A stretch of 64,000 bases of DNA from Bugula neritina (taxonomy: Eukaryota; Animalia; Bryozoa), in NCBI GenBank assembly GCA_964035545.1, contig OZ037767.1:1251680-1315679 (forward strand). Reading direction: 5' to 3'. Positions 61,823 through 64,000 of the stretch are shown here, one piece after another. Each line of letters opens with the position of its first letter. Position 1 is the stretch's first letter. Below the pieces are notes generated by a model that made no database searches, was not told the DNA's origin, and was given only the letters and a program-made list of their open reading frames with translations. The translations under genes and the position numbers were made by a program.

Positions 61823-64000
61823 TCACCCCGGGGAGACAACTCCATGTTCTGTGATCAGATACTCACAGTAGTTGTTGTGAAGGTGAGGGGCAAAGGCTAC
61901 AACCAGCTGACGAATGCGGTCTTGGTGTGAACGTCTCACCTATAACAAAACAGCAAATCTACAGAAATACTTGATGGAAGTATTATGTACAGAAATCCAT
62001 AGAAATCAGCTAGTATTAGTGGAGGAGTTCAAAAGACTGCTAGTTATAGCTGGTGACTATCCAATTACTACCATCTCCTGAGACATACCTTTAGTCTGGT
62101 AGTGACTAAGTTAGACCATGTTAGCCCCAGCGCAGGTAAGTTTCTATTTTCACCGCTACCTGTCATATCAGCCATGACCTGCAATAGTTTGACTGAGTAA
62201 AACACAACTGAATAGAATACTTGAATATTAACAACGACACAGACCATACAATAAGGCACCTGGCGGCTACCAAAGAGTAGGAGATGTCTGGCTAGTCGGG
62301 ACGTTAACATTTACACCCAACCCATTTACCTGGTTGACACAGAACACAGCTACGTGATACTCCTTTGCTAGACGATGCAACTGCACACCGATAGCTGATA
62401 TGTCTTTAGATCTGGCAGATATTGTCTGTTGCTCATCTTGACCTCTAAACACAGCAGTGATTGAGTCTATGATGATGAGGTTAGTTAGACCTCGAGCGAG
62501 GAGTTTTGGGACTTTATTCTCAAGTGCAGCTAGCAGCTGGTCCTGTGAGTATATTTACAAACATGACATTGGTGCTGGCAGCAAACATGAACTAGATTCT
62601 TATAACGTGCAATGAAACCAAGTAAACAACAAGATGCTGTAGTAATAGTCTTTTCTTTTTTCAAAAACAAAGCCAACAGCTCAGTTTAGAATTCATAAAT
62701 AAAAATGTGATGAAAATTTTTCAAAGCGCAAAATTCATAATGACAAATACTGTTTCTTTTTATACTGACTACATTATTAGTAAATGAACTGCAAACTAAT
62801 ATTACAGGGTTAATGTCAAATGTAGTCAAAGCAGACGTATGCACAGCAGACGTATTAACAGAATACAAATGTAAATTACATCACATAATAGACCACCTTG
62901 TTTGAAATATGCTCTACAAACACGTGATCAGAAAATCTGTGGTTAGTCAAAAGTGGATTATGGTGTTTGATTGACTGTTCAAGCTGCAGCAATCTTTGGC
63001 TAGGAAATACATCTTCAGTGCAGATATAGAGGCAATCTACAGCATAATACAAGATATAGAGGTAATCTGCAGCATAATACAAGATATAGAGACAATCTAC
63101 AGCATAATACAAGATATAGAGACAATCTACAGCATACCACAAGAATGTAATTATTAGTTTGATTGAAAATAAAACTACATTTCCTAAATTTTCCGAATTA
63201 CAAAAAACTAAATGAGTGTGCAGTTGTTGTACTCTAAACTAGTGCGCTAAGTTAATAGACACTAAAATTATTAATAGCAATAAGTACTAGTGATATATAT
63301 TATAAGTATTACTACTATTAAGTATTACTACTATTAAGTATTACTACTAAGTTACTAAATAAATCAGTAGCATAAAATACTAACTGCTAAGTCTACCATT
63401 ACGTTTCACCAACTGAGAGTGAAGAGCCAGCTGCATGCAGATCTGAGTTTTCCCGCAAGCACTCTCTCCAGATATCTCAGTTATTCCCTGACAGAGGATG
63501 CCTCCTGTGAATAGAAATATCTTTTACCTCTTACTTCAAAGAACAGGATCACTGAGTTAATATAAAAGCTTATAGTTAATCAATTGAAATTTGAGTCCAA
63601 ACACTCTTCAATCTTAAATCATCACTGAGTCATTATCACTTGTAATATTTGACAAAATTTCTTGCACATCTTTATCTTAGCTTTCTACGATAGTATTACC
63701 GAAAGGAAACTAGAATATATCCCCTTAAATTTAAGATGCTTACTACTACTATTATTATTTGTTGATGTTTTAAAATCATTTTAATTAGTAAAGCAGCTAA
63801 CTCAGGTGTGTATTTGAAGAAAAAATACAGTAAACAGTCTAAAGCATTAGCAGTCATTAGTGAAACCATATCACAGCAAAAGTCATTGATTAAATTATAT
63901 CACAGCAAAAGTCATTGGTTAAACTATAGCACAATAGCAGCAGCCAATCATAAGAAGACTAATAAGATTTAGTGAAGACAAAAAACTTACCATTTAAAGC
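61823..64000 (-). CDS. XRCC3: DNA repair protein XRCC3 (RAD51 paralog), 5' part outside window
   Basis: Exons (minus) >64000-63991, 63504-63397, 63036-62897, 62542-62330, 62178-62089, 61939-61823. GITEISGESACGKTQ (Walker A), YICTEDVFP..RL, LIIIDS (Walker B), VNQV, PALGLTWSNLVTTRL, FAPHL. Confidence 0.93.
63022..63143 (-). repeat. 30-bp tandem repeat x4 of an XRCC3 acceptor plus first ~14 exon bases
   Basis: ATGCTG(T/C)AG|ATT..CTCTATATCT with exon-start-equivalent positions 63036, 63066, 63096, 63126. Confidence 0.96.

Overview
AT-rich, intron-rich eukaryotic (invertebrate animal-like) genomic DNA, not prokaryotic. Hand splicing at GT..AG boundaries gave frame-consistent gene models. Left half: a segmentally duplicated gamma-glutamyltranspeptidase (GGT) cluster. 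It contains the last exon of one copy (+, 200-346), a full 12-exon copy (+, 4263-10584) and a full inverted copy (-, 20881-29368), interleaved with a polypeptide GalNAc-transferase (+, 11978-17225) and an internally deleted remnant of it (2760-3320). Gypsy-integrase and Penelope-like GIY-YIG relics sit at 0.6-2.0 kb. Right half: an ARSB/I/J-type arylsulfatase (-), EEF1AKMT2/METTL10 (+), an unrecognised disordered acidic/Lys-rich protein with a possible Cys-Cys-Cys N-terminal isoform (+), a 24-exon secreted protein with a chitin-binding-like domain, EGF repeats, a Thr-rich linker and two IgGFc-binding modules (+), and the 3' part of XRCC3 (-). The most striking unexplained structure is about 15 short tandem arrays (15-49 bp units) anchored at splice junctions in six genes. 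Most units copy the donor or acceptor with adjacent exon bases; some arrays are paralog-specific and some stay in frame. All calls come from reading the sequence by eye; no searches were run.
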